Source: Novakomyces olei (taxonomy: Eukaryota). From it: 64,000 bases of DNA. Of the stretch, positions 63,965-64,000 are shown piece by piece; within the stretch, counting starts at the first letter, position 1, and each line of letters begins with the position of its first letter. The stretch is from the NCBI GenBank assembly GCA_016906335.1, contig JADEYG010000003.1, positions 124,001 through 188,000 of the forward strand, read 5' to 3'. The translations under genes were made by a program, and so were the position numbers. The notes beneath the pieces are model-generated. The model did not search any database and was not told the origin of the DNA. It worked only from the letters and a program-made list of their open reading frames with translations.

Positions 63965-64000
63965 AACGAATTAAAAATGCACCAGAGAGTGCGCGCCAAT

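Overview
Gene-dense, intron-rich fungal (ascomycete) chromosome segment. Profilin, verprolin and the PHD-containing Ash2 most resemble fission-yeast proteins, so a Taphrinomycotina-like yeast is inferred but not proven. About 27 protein-coding genes were assembled by hand from the ORF track plus GT..branch(CTRAY)..AG introns. In order: formin (5'-truncated), formate dehydrogenase with a mitochondrial presequence, LGA1/GaaC-like aldolase, a 74-aa I9 protease inhibitor missing from the ORF track, REX1, importin-7, flavocytochrome b2, ASH2, ENP1, SLH1, NSE1, profilin, GOT1, SDR, sarcosine-oxidase-family flavoenzyme, carnosine N-methyltransferase, Zn2Cys6 factor, aldo-keto reductase, JID1-like, DUF4504-like, BCP1, MDV1/CAF4, VRP1, MTP18, eIF2B-beta, a Rua1-domain protein and a WetA-motif protein. 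I found no supportable tRNA, rRNA, transposon or CRISPR. The best leads are: paired TTAGGG/CCCTAA teloboxes in about a dozen intergenic regions; mutually complementary exon and intron minisatellites inside ASH2; five TCACGTGA E-boxes inside a transcription-factor exon; about 12 of 52 introns ending in AAG; apparently re-targeted enzymes (mitochondrial FDH, possibly peroxisomal cytochrome b2); a possible SDR/oxidase/TF/AKR catabolic module; and a WetA-like gene. All family calls are from motif recognition without database searches, and none of these leads is an established new system.
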